A stretch of DNA of 64,000 nucleotides from Deltaproteobacteria bacterium (lineage in GTDB: Bacteria; Myxococcota; UBA727; VGSZ01): positions 48,057 to 112,056 of the forward strand of contig JACOUT010000009.1 of NCBI GenBank assembly GCA_016177705.1, given 5' to 3'. A program made the translations under genes and the position numbers. This document shows positions 49,712 to 60,727 of this stretch, piece by piece; position 1 is the stretch's first letter; every line of letters begins with the position of its first letter. The notes under the pieces are model-generated. The model was given only the letters and a program-made list of their open reading frames with translations. It was not told where the DNA came from and did not search any database.

Positions 49712-50179
49712 ATGATCTGCCAGGTCTGCGGCGTCGAGGCGCCAACGCGGAAGGTCACCTTCCACCAGAACATCGGGGCGCTGGTGATGCGCTTCCACCA
49801 GTCGATGGACGGGCAGTTGTGCAAGCGCTGCATCCACAAGACGTTCTGGCGCATGACCGCCATCAACCTCGTGGTGGGGTGGTGGGGCGTCATCTCGTTC
49901 ATCGTCACGCCCTTCTTCACCATCAACAACGTCGTCTACTACGCGCTGTCGGCACGGCTGCCCCCGCCGGCGAAGGACGCCAAGGCGCCGGAGCTCGACG
50001 CGCGCGCGCTCGAGCGGCTCGGCGGCGTGGCCGACCGCCTCGTCGACCGGCTCAACCGCGGCGAGCCCTTCGAGGTGGTGGTGCCGCAGATCGCGCAGCT
50101 CGCGGGGGTCACGCCCGGCCAAGTGGTGCTGTTCGTGCGCGGTCTCCTCGCTGCTTCCAAGGAAGAGCCCGCGAGCTGA
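49712..50179 (+). CDS. hypothetical membrane protein with N-terminal CxxC…CxxC
   Basis: MICQVCGVEAPTRKV…LCKRCIHKTFW, then two TM segments. Start chosen at the internal ATG of ORF 49622..50179. Confidence 0.45.
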   Translation: MICQVCGVEAPTRKVTFHQNIGALVMRFHQSMDGQLCKRCIHKTFWRMTAINLVVGWWGVISFIVTPFFTINNVVYYALSARLPPPAKDAKAPELDARALERLGGVADRLVDRLNRGEPFEVVVPQIAQLAGVTPGQVVLFVRGLLAASKEEPAS

Positions 50180-50222
50180 ATTGACGTCGATGCCGACGCC
50201 CGACGCGCGACCGCGCTGATCG

Positions 50223-51182
50223 CTACGGCATCCTCGCCTTTGCGGCCGAGTAGCCCTCAACCAGCTCCCGCACCACCTCGGCAACGGTGACGACACGCGT
50301 GACCAGGCCCGCAGCCGCACCGCACGGCAAGATGCCCTCGTCCAGGTCGCCGTCGAGGCAGCCGGCGCGCGAGCGGCCGCGGCCACGCAGGCGCTCGAGC
50401 TCCTCGCCGCTGGCGCCGTGCTTCTCCATCGCCACCAGCTTGTCGACGAGGGGCGTGACGAGCGCGCGCCCCGGGTGCGTCGACTTGCAGTAGACCGTGG
50501 TCGGCGTCTCGGGCGCGTCGACGATGCGCTGCTTGAACACCGCGTGCGCGTTGCACTCCGCGGTGGCGATGAAGCGCGTGCCGAGCTGCACGCCCTCGGC
50601 GCCAAACGCCAGCGCCGCCGCCATGCCCGCGCCGTCGGCGATGCCTCCGGCCGCGATCACCGGGATCTTCACGGCGCGCACCGCGCTCGGCCACAGCACC
50701 ACCGAGGTGTGCTCGTCGTGGCCGACGTGGCCGCCCGCCTCGTAGCCCTCCGCGACCACCGCGTCGACCCCGGCGGCCTCGGCCTTCTTGGCGAGCCGCG
50801 CAGAGGGCACCACGTGGATGACGATGGCGCCGCGCTTCTTCAGCTTCTCGGTCATGACCCCGGGCGAGCCGGCCGAGATAGTGAAGATGCGCACGCCCTC
50901 CTCGAGCGCCAGCTCCGTCATGATGGCGGCGGTCTTGGCGTCGGCATCCGGATGAGCGGGCACGAGCGAGACGTTGACCGCGAACGGCTTGTCGGTGGCG
51001 GCGCGCACCTTGCGCAGCTCGTCCTTCAACTCGGTCGGCCGCAGCGTGCCGGTCGCCAGCACGCCCAAGCCGCCGGCCTCGCTGACGGCGGCGACCAGCT
51101 CGGCGCGGCTGATCCACGCCATGCCGCCTTGGAAGATCGGGTAGCGAATACCGAGCAGCTTGGTGACGCGCGTCTCGAGCAT
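50223..51182 (-). CDS. enoyl-[ACP] reductase FabK / nitronate monooxygenase family (FMN-dependent)
   Basis: GIRYPIFQGGMAWIS…, a TIM-barrel NMO/FabK signature. Lies directly downstream of fabH. Confidence 0.8.
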   Translation of the reverse strand: MLETRVTKLLGIRYPIFQGGMAWISRAELVAAVSEAGGLGVLATGTLRPTELKDELRKVRAATDKPFAVNVSLVPAHPDADAKTAAIMTELALEEGVRIFTISAGSPGVMTEKLKKRGAIVIHVVPSARLAKKAEAAGVDAVVAEGYEAGGHVGHDEHTSVVLWPSAVRAVKIPVIAAGGIADGAGMAAALAFGAEGVQLGTRFIATAECNAHAVFKQRIVDAPETPTTVYCKSTHPGRALVTPLVDKLVAMEKHGASGEELERLRGRGRSRAGCLDGDLDEGILPCGAAAGLVTRVVTVAEVVRELVEGYSAAKARMP

Positions 51183-51188
51183 GATCCC

Positions 51189-52181
51189 TCACCAGCGCAG
51201 CACGTGCGCGCCCCACGTCATGCCGGCGCCGATGGCCGCGAGCACCACCACGGAGCCGGGCTTCACCTTGCCGCGCTCGACCGCCTCGTCGAGCGTGATG
51301 GGCAAGGACGCCGACAGCGTGTTGCCGAAGCGCTCGATGGTGGTGTGCACTTTGCCCTCGTGCAGGCCGAGGTCCGCCATGACTGCCTGCAGCAGCCGCA
51401 GGCTCGCTTGGTGTGTGACCAACAGATCGACGTCGGCGACCGTCAGGCCGGCGGCCGCAAGCGCCGCTCGTATCACTGCCGGCAACTCGCGCGTCGCCCA
51501 CTCCCAGACGCCCTTGCCGTCCATCTGCACGAACTGCTCGCCGAGCGCGAGCGTCTCGGCGGTGAAGGGCGAGAGCGAGCCGCCGCCCTTCATCACCACT
51601 ACGTCCTTGCCGCGCCCGTCGGACCCGAGGCGCGCCGAGAGAAAGCCGCGCTCGGGGCTCGGTGACGGACCGACCACGGCGGCGCCGGCGCCGTCGGCGA
51701 AGATGGCGGGCGTGGTGCGGTCGCGCCAGTCGATCTTGGTGCGGCTCGCGATGTCGGCGCCGATGACCAACACCCGCTCCTTCGCGCCCGACGCCACCAT
51801 GTCTTTGGCGAGGTCGAGCGACACCGTGAAGCCTGCGCACGCTGCGCGGATGTCGAAGGCGACCGCGCCGAATGCGCCGAGCTTCTCCTGCACGTAGCAG
51901 GCGGTGGCCGGCGAGGCGACGTCGCCGTTGCCGAGCGCGACGATGATGGCCTGCAGCTCGCGTGCGTCGGTGCGCGACGACACGAGCGCGCGCTCGGCGG
52001 CGGCGGCGGCGAGGTCGGAGGTCTGCTCGTCGTCGGCGGCGAAGCGGCGCTCGACGATGCCGAGGTGCTTCCGAATCCACTCGTCGGTGGTGTCGACCCT
52101 GGCCGCGATGTCGGCGTTGGTGACCACGCGCGCTGGAACGTAGCGGCCGGTGCCGAGGATGTGCGCGCGCCGCTCCGCCAT
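51189..52181 (-). CDS. fabH: 3-oxoacyl-[ACP] synthase III
   Basis: MAERRAHILGTGRYVP…DIRAACAGF…HQAS…GNTLSASLP, the FabH catalytic Cys-His-Asn context. Confidence 0.88.
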   Translation of the reverse strand: MAERRAHILGTGRYVPARVVTNADIAARVDTTDEWIRKHLGIVERRFAADDEQTSDLAAAAAERALVSSRTDARELQAIIVALGNGDVASPATACYVQEKLGAFGAVAFDIRAACAGFTVSLDLAKDMVASGAKERVLVIGADIASRTKIDWRDRTTPAIFADGAGAAVVGPSPSPERGFLSARLGSDGRGKDVVVMKGGGSLSPFTAETLALGEQFVQMDGKGVWEWATRELPAVIRAALAAAGLTVADVDLLVTHQASLRLLQAVMADLGLHEGKVHTTIERFGNTLSASLPITLDEAVERGKVKPGSVVVLAAIGAGMTWGAHVLRW

Positions 52182-52292
52182 CGGGCCCCCTCGTGGGTGA
52201 GCCCAGTGCCTAGCAGCCTGCGCCGGGTTTTTCATCGGCCCATCGACGACGTCGCGGGCGACCCTGACGGTATCGCGCGGCGCGCCCGGCGC

Positions 52293-52862
52293 TCAGACGC
52301 CGCCGGCCGGGGCCGCGTGCGACGCGCGGCGCGGCATCGGCAGCGGGCGCAGCTCGGCGACGAAGTCGCGCATGCGGATCAGCGCCCCGAACGAGCAGGC
52401 CGCCACCACCACCCCCGATAGGATCAGGTGCGCGCAGAACACCGGCCAGGTGTAGGCGTCGCCGAACGGCAGGCCGAGCCACGAGAGCAGCAGCACCACG
52501 GTGTTGCCGAAGGTGCCGATGGCGAACGCGCGGCCCACCGCGCCCGCGCCGAGCGCGTCGAAGGCGGTGCGCAGGCGCATAGGGCGCAACGTGAAGGTGC
52601 GCACGGCGCCCACCTCGCGCAGCAGCAGCACGGGGGCGAGCGCAAAGCCGCCCAGGCCGATGGCCCAGATCAGGTACGAGGCGATGCGAACGATGCCGAA
52701 GTGCTCTTCCAAGAACAGCCGCCCCTCGGGGAACACCAGCACGCCGATCACCGCCACGGTGAAGGTGGCGAGCGCGATCAGCGAGACGTGCAGCGCCGCC
52801 AGCGCGCGGCGGCCGGGGGTACGACGGCGCGAGCGGCGGACGGCGGGATTGGGGCTGCGCAT
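52293..52862 (-). CDS. hypothetical integral membrane protein
   Basis: 189 aa with about 5 TM segments. No motif recognised. Confidence 0.45.
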   Translation of the reverse strand: MRSPNPAVRRSRRRTPGRRALAALHVSLIALATFTVAVIGVLVFPEGRLFLEEHFGIVRIASYLIWAIGLGGFALAPVLLLREVGAVRTFTLRPMRLRTAFDALGAGAVGRAFAIGTFGNTVVLLLSWLGLPFGDAYTWPVFCAHLILSGVVVAACSFGALIRMRDFVAELRPLPMPRRASHAAPAGGV

Positions 52863-52983
52863 GGTCGGCTCCTCCTCGAGGCCGCGTCGCGGCGTCCTCG
52901 ATCAGCTACCAACCATCATGGTAGCGCGCCGCTTCCGCGTGCGAGCAACCGCCGCCCCGATCTGCCTCACTGCGGGCGACGAT

Positions 52984-53664
52984 CTATTGAAGGTCGAACT
53001 GCGCTTCGCAGTTCTTGTCCTCGGTCATGATGAGCTCGACCGGGCCGGTGCCCGCGCAGTCGACCTTCCACTCCACGAACACCGAGCCCGGATCGGGGGT
53101 GGGTGTCAGCGTGTCGATCTCGCCCACGAAGTAGGCGCCAACGCAGTCGGGCGGACAGTCGATGCGCGGCGTGCCGCCGCCGCCGCCCTGGTTGGTCAGC
53201 GTGCCGGTGATGGTGCCGCTGCCGGTGCCCGAGAACAGCACCTGCAGCGTGTGCACCTGGCGAAACTCGGCGCTGCACGTGACGATGGTCTCGGCCGGGT
53301 CGTCGGCCAGCACCGCCTCGATGGTGTCGTCGACCAGCTCGCGCTGCGCGGTGGTGCCGTCGGGGAAGGTGACGCCGCACAGCGCGTCGATCAGGTTGGC
53401 GTCGCGCGACGGCTCGACGCGCACGCTCATGGCGGTGCCGGGCACGACGGTGATGCTCTGGCTGTCACAGGCGCCGTCGCAGTCGATGCCGTCCGGGTCG
53501 GAGCGGTAGCTGCCGGTGCCGTCGCCGGTCTTCTGCACCGTCAGCGTGACGCCCGGCGGGCCCGCGTCGGCGTCCGGGTTGGGGCCACCGGGGCAGACCA
53601 ACGGGCAGGCGGGCAGCGCCGCGAGCGCCGTCATGGTGAGCAGGGTAGTGGCCGAATGCGTCAT
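52984..53664 (-). CDS. secreted lipoprotein with two InlB-B-repeat-like domains
   Basis: Signal/lipobox MTALAALPAC. Two repeats of the GxGxGTx…DGIDC…C…V…G…V pattern. Confidence 0.55.
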   Translation of the reverse strand: MTHSATTLLTMTALAALPACPLVCPGGPNPDADAGPPGVTLTVQKTGDGTGSYRSDPDGIDCDGACDSQSITVVPGTAMSVRVEPSRDANLIDALCGVTFPDGTTAQRELVDDTIEAVLADDPAETIVTCSAEFRQVHTLQVLFSGTGSGTITGTLTNQGGGGGTPRIDCPPDCVGAYFVGEIDTLTPTPDPGSVFVEWKVDCAGTGPVELIMTEDKNCEAQFDLQ

Positions 53665-54224
53665 GGCTCCACCGCGGGGTCGAGCGGGTCGCTGCCGCGA
53701 CAGGTCTCGACCAGGTTGGTGCAGGCGGCCGGGTCGCCGCCGCTGCAGCTATCGTCGAGGTCGCACAGGGGCACGGTGGCGCCGTCGAGGACGACGCCGG
53801 CCGAGCCCGCGAAGGTGTCGAAGCGCATGTCGAGGCAGGAGCCGTCCGAGATGGCCTCGGCGGGCATGATGAAGGTCGCCGTCGGCTGCACCTCGTCGAC
53901 GAGCGCCAGGTCGCCCTGCGCCTGCGCCAGCACCAGCTCGAGGCCATCCTCGCGCCCGAGCGGCCGGTACCAGTCGATGGTCAGCTTGCGCACCAGGCCG
54001 GGGGCGATGTCGGCGGTACCCGACGTCGTGTTGGCGGCGGCGTCGTAGCTGAGCGGGTAGGGCTCGTCGTAGCCGCTCACCCACAGCCGCGCCGTCAGGT
54101 CGGCCGGCGGCGCGGCGCACTCGACGGCGAGCGCTTGAGGGTTCTCGATGGCGATGGTGGCCGGCTCCGACGGCGCGCACGCCGCCAGCGCCACCAGCAG
54201 CAGGCCGAGAACGCGCCCGCTCAC
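53661..54224 (-). CDS. hypothetical lipoprotein
   Basis: GTG start overlapping the upstream stop (GTGA). Lipobox LLLVALAAC. Cysteine-containing secreted domain. Confidence 0.5.
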   Translation of the reverse strand: MSGRVLGLLLVALAACAPSEPATIAIENPQALAVECAAPPADLTARLWVSGYDEPYPLSYDAAANTTSGTADIAPGLVRKLTIDWYRPLGREDGLELVLAQAQGDLALVDEVQPTATFIMPAEAISDGSCLDMRFDTFAGSAGVVLDGATVPLCDLDDSCSGGDPAACTNLVETCRGSDPLDPAVEP

Positions 54225-54916
54225 GGCGCGACCGCCGCGATGGGCGAGCCGCCGGTGATGGTCACCGCGACGGTGGCCGGTGGGCCCGACAGCAGCGCCG
54301 CCACGCCGAGCCCGATGCCGGCCGCGGCGCCGAGCACGATGACGGCGCCGACCGCGATGCCTGTGCCCCACAGCACCGCGTCGTTGCTCTCGTCCGGCGG
54401 CTTCTTGTCCGCCGGTGGGTGGTCGGGCGGCAGCGGCGTCACCGTCGTCGTCGTCGTGGTGCCTGCGAGCACGCGGGGCACGCGCAGTGGCGTCGCTTCG
54501 TCACCGGCGCGCGCCGGCCCGTTGCCGTTCTCGTCGTAGGCCTCGATCAGGTACTCTAGGTCGGCGGCGAGCAGCGCCGCCGGCACCTCGGCCGCGTAGC
54601 TGTCGGGCTTGCCCTCGACCGGCTTGAGCGGCACGCGCTCGAAGCTGCCCCCGGGCGCGCGCACCAACAGCGCCGGGTCGAACACGCCGCCGTCGTCGAC
54701 GATGGCGGCCTCGATGATGAGCGGCCCCGCGCCGTCGTGTTGCGCAGGTGGCGTGTGGGTGATGACCGGCGCTTCGGTGTCGGCCTTCTTGGTCTTGCGC
54801 TTGGCGACAGCCCCTGGGGCGGCCACCAGCGCGGCGCCGAGCACGGCGCAGAGCACGGCGCCGTGCTTGGCACCCGAGGCGCGGCCTAAAGGTTGGCGGC
54901 CCGATCGGAGCGTCAC
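54221..54916 (-). CDS. secreted protein with a Thr-rich linker and a C-terminal TM anchor
   Basis: Signal peptide GAVLCAVLGAALVAAPGAVA. A TTTTTVTPLPP linker. C-terminal TM helix GIAVGAVIVLGAAAGIGLGVAALL. Confidence 0.5.
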   Translation of the reverse strand: MTLRSGRQPLGRASGAKHGAVLCAVLGAALVAAPGAVAKRKTKKADTEAPVITHTPPAQHDGAGPLIIEAAIVDDGGVFDPALLVRAPGGSFERVPLKPVEGKPDSYAAEVPAALLAADLEYLIEAYDENGNGPARAGDEATPLRVPRVLAGTTTTTTVTPLPPDHPPADKKPPDESNDAVLWGTGIAVGAVIVLGAAAGIGLGVAALLSGPPATVAVTITGGSPIAAVAP

Positions 54917-55020
54917 GAGGACAATCTACCCCGCTCTCGCTGCGGTCGCCGGTTTTCGCCCGATGGACCGGCGATGGCCCGCCCGCTATCCAGCGCCCGC
55001 TCCCGAGCACGAGGTGCCCG

Positions 55021-55689
55021 ATGACCAGCGGCAAGAAGCAGATCGGCGTCATCCTGTCCGGCGCCGGCTTTCTCGACGGCTCCGAGATTCACGAAGCGGT
55101 GCTGGCGCTGCTCGCCATCGACGAGGCCGGCGCGGAGGCGCGCGTGTTCGCGCCCGACGGCAAGCTGGCCGAGGTCGATCACAAGACCGGCAAGCCCACC
55201 GGCAAGGAGCGCGGCGTGCTCGAGGAGGCGGCGCGCATCGCGCGCTCCAACATCGCCGACCTCGCGTCGGTCGGTGGCGCCGACGTCGACGGCTGGGTGC
55301 TGCCGGGCGGCTACGGTGCCGCCAAGACCCTGTCGGACTTCGCCAGCAAGGGCGCCGGCGCCACCGTGCACAAGGAGGTGGGCCGCGTGCTGCGCGAGGC
55401 GCTCGCGGCGCAGGTCCCCGTCGGTGCCTGCTGCATCGCGCCCGCCGTCGTGGCTGCGGCCGCCAGGCAGGCCAACGCCAAGCTGCGCCTCACGATCGGC
55501 AACGACCCCGACACCGCCAAGCAGATCGCCGCCATGGGACACGCCCACGTCGTCTGTCCGGTCGACGATGTGGTGGTCGACACCGATCGCAAGGTGGTGA
55601 CCGCGCCCGCCTACATGTACGACGCGCCAATCGCGGCGGTCGCGCGGGGCATCAAGAAGATGGTGCAGCAGGTGGTTGCGTGGGCGTAG
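55021..55689 (+). CDS. elbB: DJ-1/PfpI-family glyoxalase ElbB
   Basis: MTSGKKQIGVILSGAGFLDGSEIHEAVL…, a typical ElbB (isoprenoid biosynthesis protein with amidotransferase-like domain). Confidence 0.8.
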   Translation: MTSGKKQIGVILSGAGFLDGSEIHEAVLALLAIDEAGAEARVFAPDGKLAEVDHKTGKPTGKERGVLEEAARIARSNIADLASVGGADVDGWVLPGGYGAAKTLSDFASKGAGATVHKEVGRVLREALAAQVPVGACCIAPAVVAAAARQANAKLRLTIGNDPDTAKQIAAMGHAHVVCPVDDVVVDTDRKVVTAPAYMYDAPIAAVARGIKKMVQQVVAWA

Positions 55690-55790
55690 CGGCAAGCTGA
55701 ACCCGGCCTGCCAACCGCGCCCGCGCGCATGTCGGCCCGGTGGCGCCGCCGCGGCGCACCGCACTGTCGCCGTCGCGGTACACTGTCCCC

Positions 55791-58268
55791 ATGGGGGAAC
55801 GTCGGACTGCGCTCGCTGCGGCCGTGTGCGGCTGCCTGCTCCTCGGGGCATGCCCTGGACGCACCCCCGATCGTGGAGGCGAGGGCGAAGGAGAGGGAGA
55901 GGGCGAAGGAGAGGGCGAAGGAGAGGGCGAAGGAGAGGGCGAAGGAGAGGGCGAAGGAGAGGGCGAAGGAGAGGGTGAAGGAGAACCTACATGGCACCGC
56001 GACCTGCCCAAGGTCGAGGTGTATGCGGTGTCGAACCAGCCTGACGCCATCCGACTCGCAGGGCGATCCTACGCCGCGGGTGAAGCCTGCCTCGTGCAGG
56101 AGATCGGGCTCGACGGCACCATGGGCGCGAGCGCGTCGCTCCCGGTCAGGTGCATGGCGGGCGCTCTCGATGCAGCCGGCGGTGTGTTCATCGCGCGGGG
56201 GCCCGCCAGCGTCGAGCTCCCTGGCGGCACACTGACGCTCTCGTCGAGCCAGCGCGCGCTCATCCGCCTGCCTTTGCAGGGGCCCGCGGTGGCTGCACTG
56301 CTCCTTTACGAGGATGAGCCCTTCCAGATCGCCGTCACCGCCACGGGCGTCGTGGCCCTCGCCAGTTGGAATGGCGACACGACCGTGACCACCTACGCTC
56401 AGGGCAACACGGGCCGCGGCATCGTGGCGACCGGCGCGCCGGTCACGCGGCTCGGCTCCGGTGACGAGCTCTTGACTGCCGTGACGCGCAACGCCGCCGG
56501 TGAGGCGCGCCTCATTGCCATCGATGCCGCGACGGCCACGACCCGCTGGAGCGCCGCTTTGCCCCCGGGGACCAGCCCCTACGACACGTACCCGTCGTCG
56601 AGCATCGACGGCGTTCGAGTGTGCGGCAATCGCGCCGATGGTGACACGTCCGAGGGCTTCGTCCAGTTGCGAGACCTCGTCACGGGTTCGGTATTGCGCG
56701 AGCAGGCTACGCCGGCCGAGGTGCTCGCGTGCTCGCTCGGCGACGAGGGCAGTACGTGGACGATCGGATCAGATGTCCTTGCGCGCCTCGACCCGGATCC
56801 GGCGCAGTTCGAGCTGCTCACGGCCCAAGAACACACCGAAGCCGCCTTCATCGCGCAGCTCGCCGGCGACCTCCTCGTCGTCGCGACCGTCAACGCCACC
56901 GCGGACCGCCTGCCGCCGCTCGAGCCAGGACGCATCGGCGGCACCCCCGGCACCTGGACCACGCTGGTCGCGCGCGTTCCGCCCCAACAGCTGCGCACCG
57001 ATGACGGGCTCGCCCCCATGCACCAGGCGGACGGCTTCGCGCGCGACGGTGCGAGCTGGATCGCAAGCTCGGAGACGTGGCCGATGTCCATCGAGGTGGA
57101 GCCGGCATCTGGTGACATCATCGTGACGAAGGCCGGGCCTAGGTGGTGCGACATCGATCGGCTGTCGGAGGACGGCAGCAGCCTGCTGCACCGGCGCTTC
57201 GAGGTCGCGCAGTCCATCTATCCCTCGTGCAAAGGGGCCGCCATCGAATCGAGCACGTTCGTGGCTGTCGGCAGCCACAACGCCGTAGCGCTCGACGTGA
57301 CCGTCGACGGTCAGGTGGTCCAGCTCCCGGCGGGTTCGCACCTCCTGCTCGCGCTCGACGACGCTGCGGTGGAAGTGGGGCGCGTGCAGCTGCAAGCCAG
57401 CACGGTGAGCCTGACCGCCGACGGGGACGCTCTGCTCGTCTTCGACGGCGGCTTCCAGTGGGATCCTCCGCAGTTGCGACGCTTCGGTCCCGGGCTCGTG
57501 GACCTTGGCGCTGTCGAGATCGCCATGACTCGTCTCTTGGCCTTCTCCGGATTTGAGCCCGGTGTGCCGCGCGTCATTTCGCTGCAGGGCGGCGACGCGC
57601 TCGTCGTGACCCCCGCCCTCTACTGGACCATCGACGTCACCTTCGATGACGACAGCGTCGCGAGCGTCCCGGGCGAGGGATCGTTGGCGTTCCGCGTTGC
57701 TCCCGACGGCCGCATGCGCTGGGTCGTCGCGTTCCCGGGGCACAATGGATCCATGGACCCGCCGCGGGTGAAGGACGCCGCCGTCGACCAAGCGGCCGCG
57801 ACCGCGGAGCTCTGTGGCGGCACCTTGGGCGGAGAGGTCATCGACGGGCGGTCCGGGGCAGCAGTGGCGACGCTCGTCGGTCCCGCCTATGCCGGCTTCT
57901 GCCTCGAGCTCGACCTCGCCAACGGCAGCGTGCGCGCCCTGCACCAGCCCGCCGGCACGAGTGAAGTCACCGCCGTCGCCTTTCTCGCCGGTGAGCCGAT
58001 CGTCGTCATCAACGACGGCAGCTACCACAACCTCACCCTCCGGAGACTGCACGACGGGATCGATCTGCCCAGGTTGTTGGTCGGCAGCGCGCTCCCGCCG
58101 CGTTCGGTGCTCGTCGCCGGCCCCGCGGACCGGTACCTGCTCCTCGGCGCCTTCGCGGCAGCTCACGCCGACGCCTCGGCGATCGTGCCCGGCTTCGAGT
58201 TGCCCGGGGTGGCGGGGTACTACGACGGCTTCGTCACGCGCATCGACGCCTCGTGGCTGTCCCCGTAG
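55791..58268 (+). CDS. large lipoprotein with an N-terminal (Gly-Glu)~17 tether and an 800-aa domain of unknown function
   Basis: Lipobox CLLLGAC, then the GE repeat, then EPTWHRD…. No catalytic motif recognised. Probably beta-rich. Confidence 0.6.
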   Translation: MGERRTALAAAVCGCLLLGACPGRTPDRGGEGEGEGEGEGEGEGEGEGEGEGEGEGEGEGEGEGEPTWHRDLPKVEVYAVSNQPDAIRLAGRSYAAGEACLVQEIGLDGTMGASASLPVRCMAGALDAAGGVFIARGPASVELPGGTLTLSSSQRALIRLPLQGPAVAALLLYEDEPFQIAVTATGVVALASWNGDTTVTTYAQGNTGRGIVATGAPVTRLGSGDELLTAVTRNAAGEARLIAIDAATATTRWSAALPPGTSPYDTYPSSSIDGVRVCGNRADGDTSEGFVQLRDLVTGSVLREQATPAEVLACSLGDEGSTWTIGSDVLARLDPDPAQFELLTAQEHTEAAFIAQLAGDLLVVATVNATADRLPPLEPGRIGGTPGTWTTLVARVPPQQLRTDDGLAPMHQADGFARDGASWIASSETWPMSIEVEPASGDIIVTKAGPRWCDIDRLSEDGSSLLHRRFEVAQSIYPSCKGAAIESSTFVAVGSHNAVALDVTVDGQVVQLPAGSHLLLALDDAAVEVGRVQLQASTVSLTADGDALLVFDGGFQWDPPQLRRFGPGLVDLGAVEIAMTRLLAFSGFEPGVPRVISLQGGDALVVTPALYWTIDVTFDDDSVASVPGEGSLAFRVAPDGRMRWVVAFPGHNGSMDPPRVKDAAVDQAAATAELCGGTLGGEVIDGRSGAAVATLVGPAYAGFCLELDLANGSVRALHQPAGTSEVTAVAFLAGEPIVVINDGSYHNLTLRRLHDGIDLPRLLVGSALPPRSVLVAGPADRYLLLGAFAAAHADASAIVPGFELPGVAGYYDGFVTRIDASWLSP
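55876..55985 (+). repeat. tandem 12-nt repeat (ggcgaaggagag)n encoding (GEGE)n
   Basis: Near-perfect 12-nt periodicity over about 110 nt inside the lipoprotein gene. Confidence 0.85.
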
Positions 58269-58321
58269 CCCGGCGAGGTGCGCGGGTCTTCGACCGTGCC
58301 CGCACGCAGGCGCGCCGCGCC

Positions 58322-58383
58322 GATCGCCGCGGTAGCGCGCGGCATCAAGAAGATGGTGCAGCAGGTGGTTGCGTGGTCCTAGC
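58322..58383 (+). repeat. relic duplicate of the 3' end of elbB (about 18 codons plus stop)
   Basis: 58322..58383 encodes IAAVARGIKKMVQQVVAWS*, versus PIAAVARGIKKMVQQVVAWA* at 55633..55692. The nucleotide differences are mostly synonymous. Confidence 0.8.
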
Positions 58384-58432
58384 GGACCGTTGAAAAACGA
58401 GCGGCTGGGCAGCCTGTGCCCGAGGAGCCGCC

Positions 58433-60721
<2,289 letters not shown>

Positions 60722-60727
60722 GCGCGC

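Noticed and set aside
55876-55985. Highly regular short tandem repeats as a possible CRISPR array or mini-satellite
   Set aside because: The unit is only 12 nt with no spacers. It lies in-frame inside a CDS and encodes (GEGE)n, so it is a coding tandem repeat, not CRISPR.
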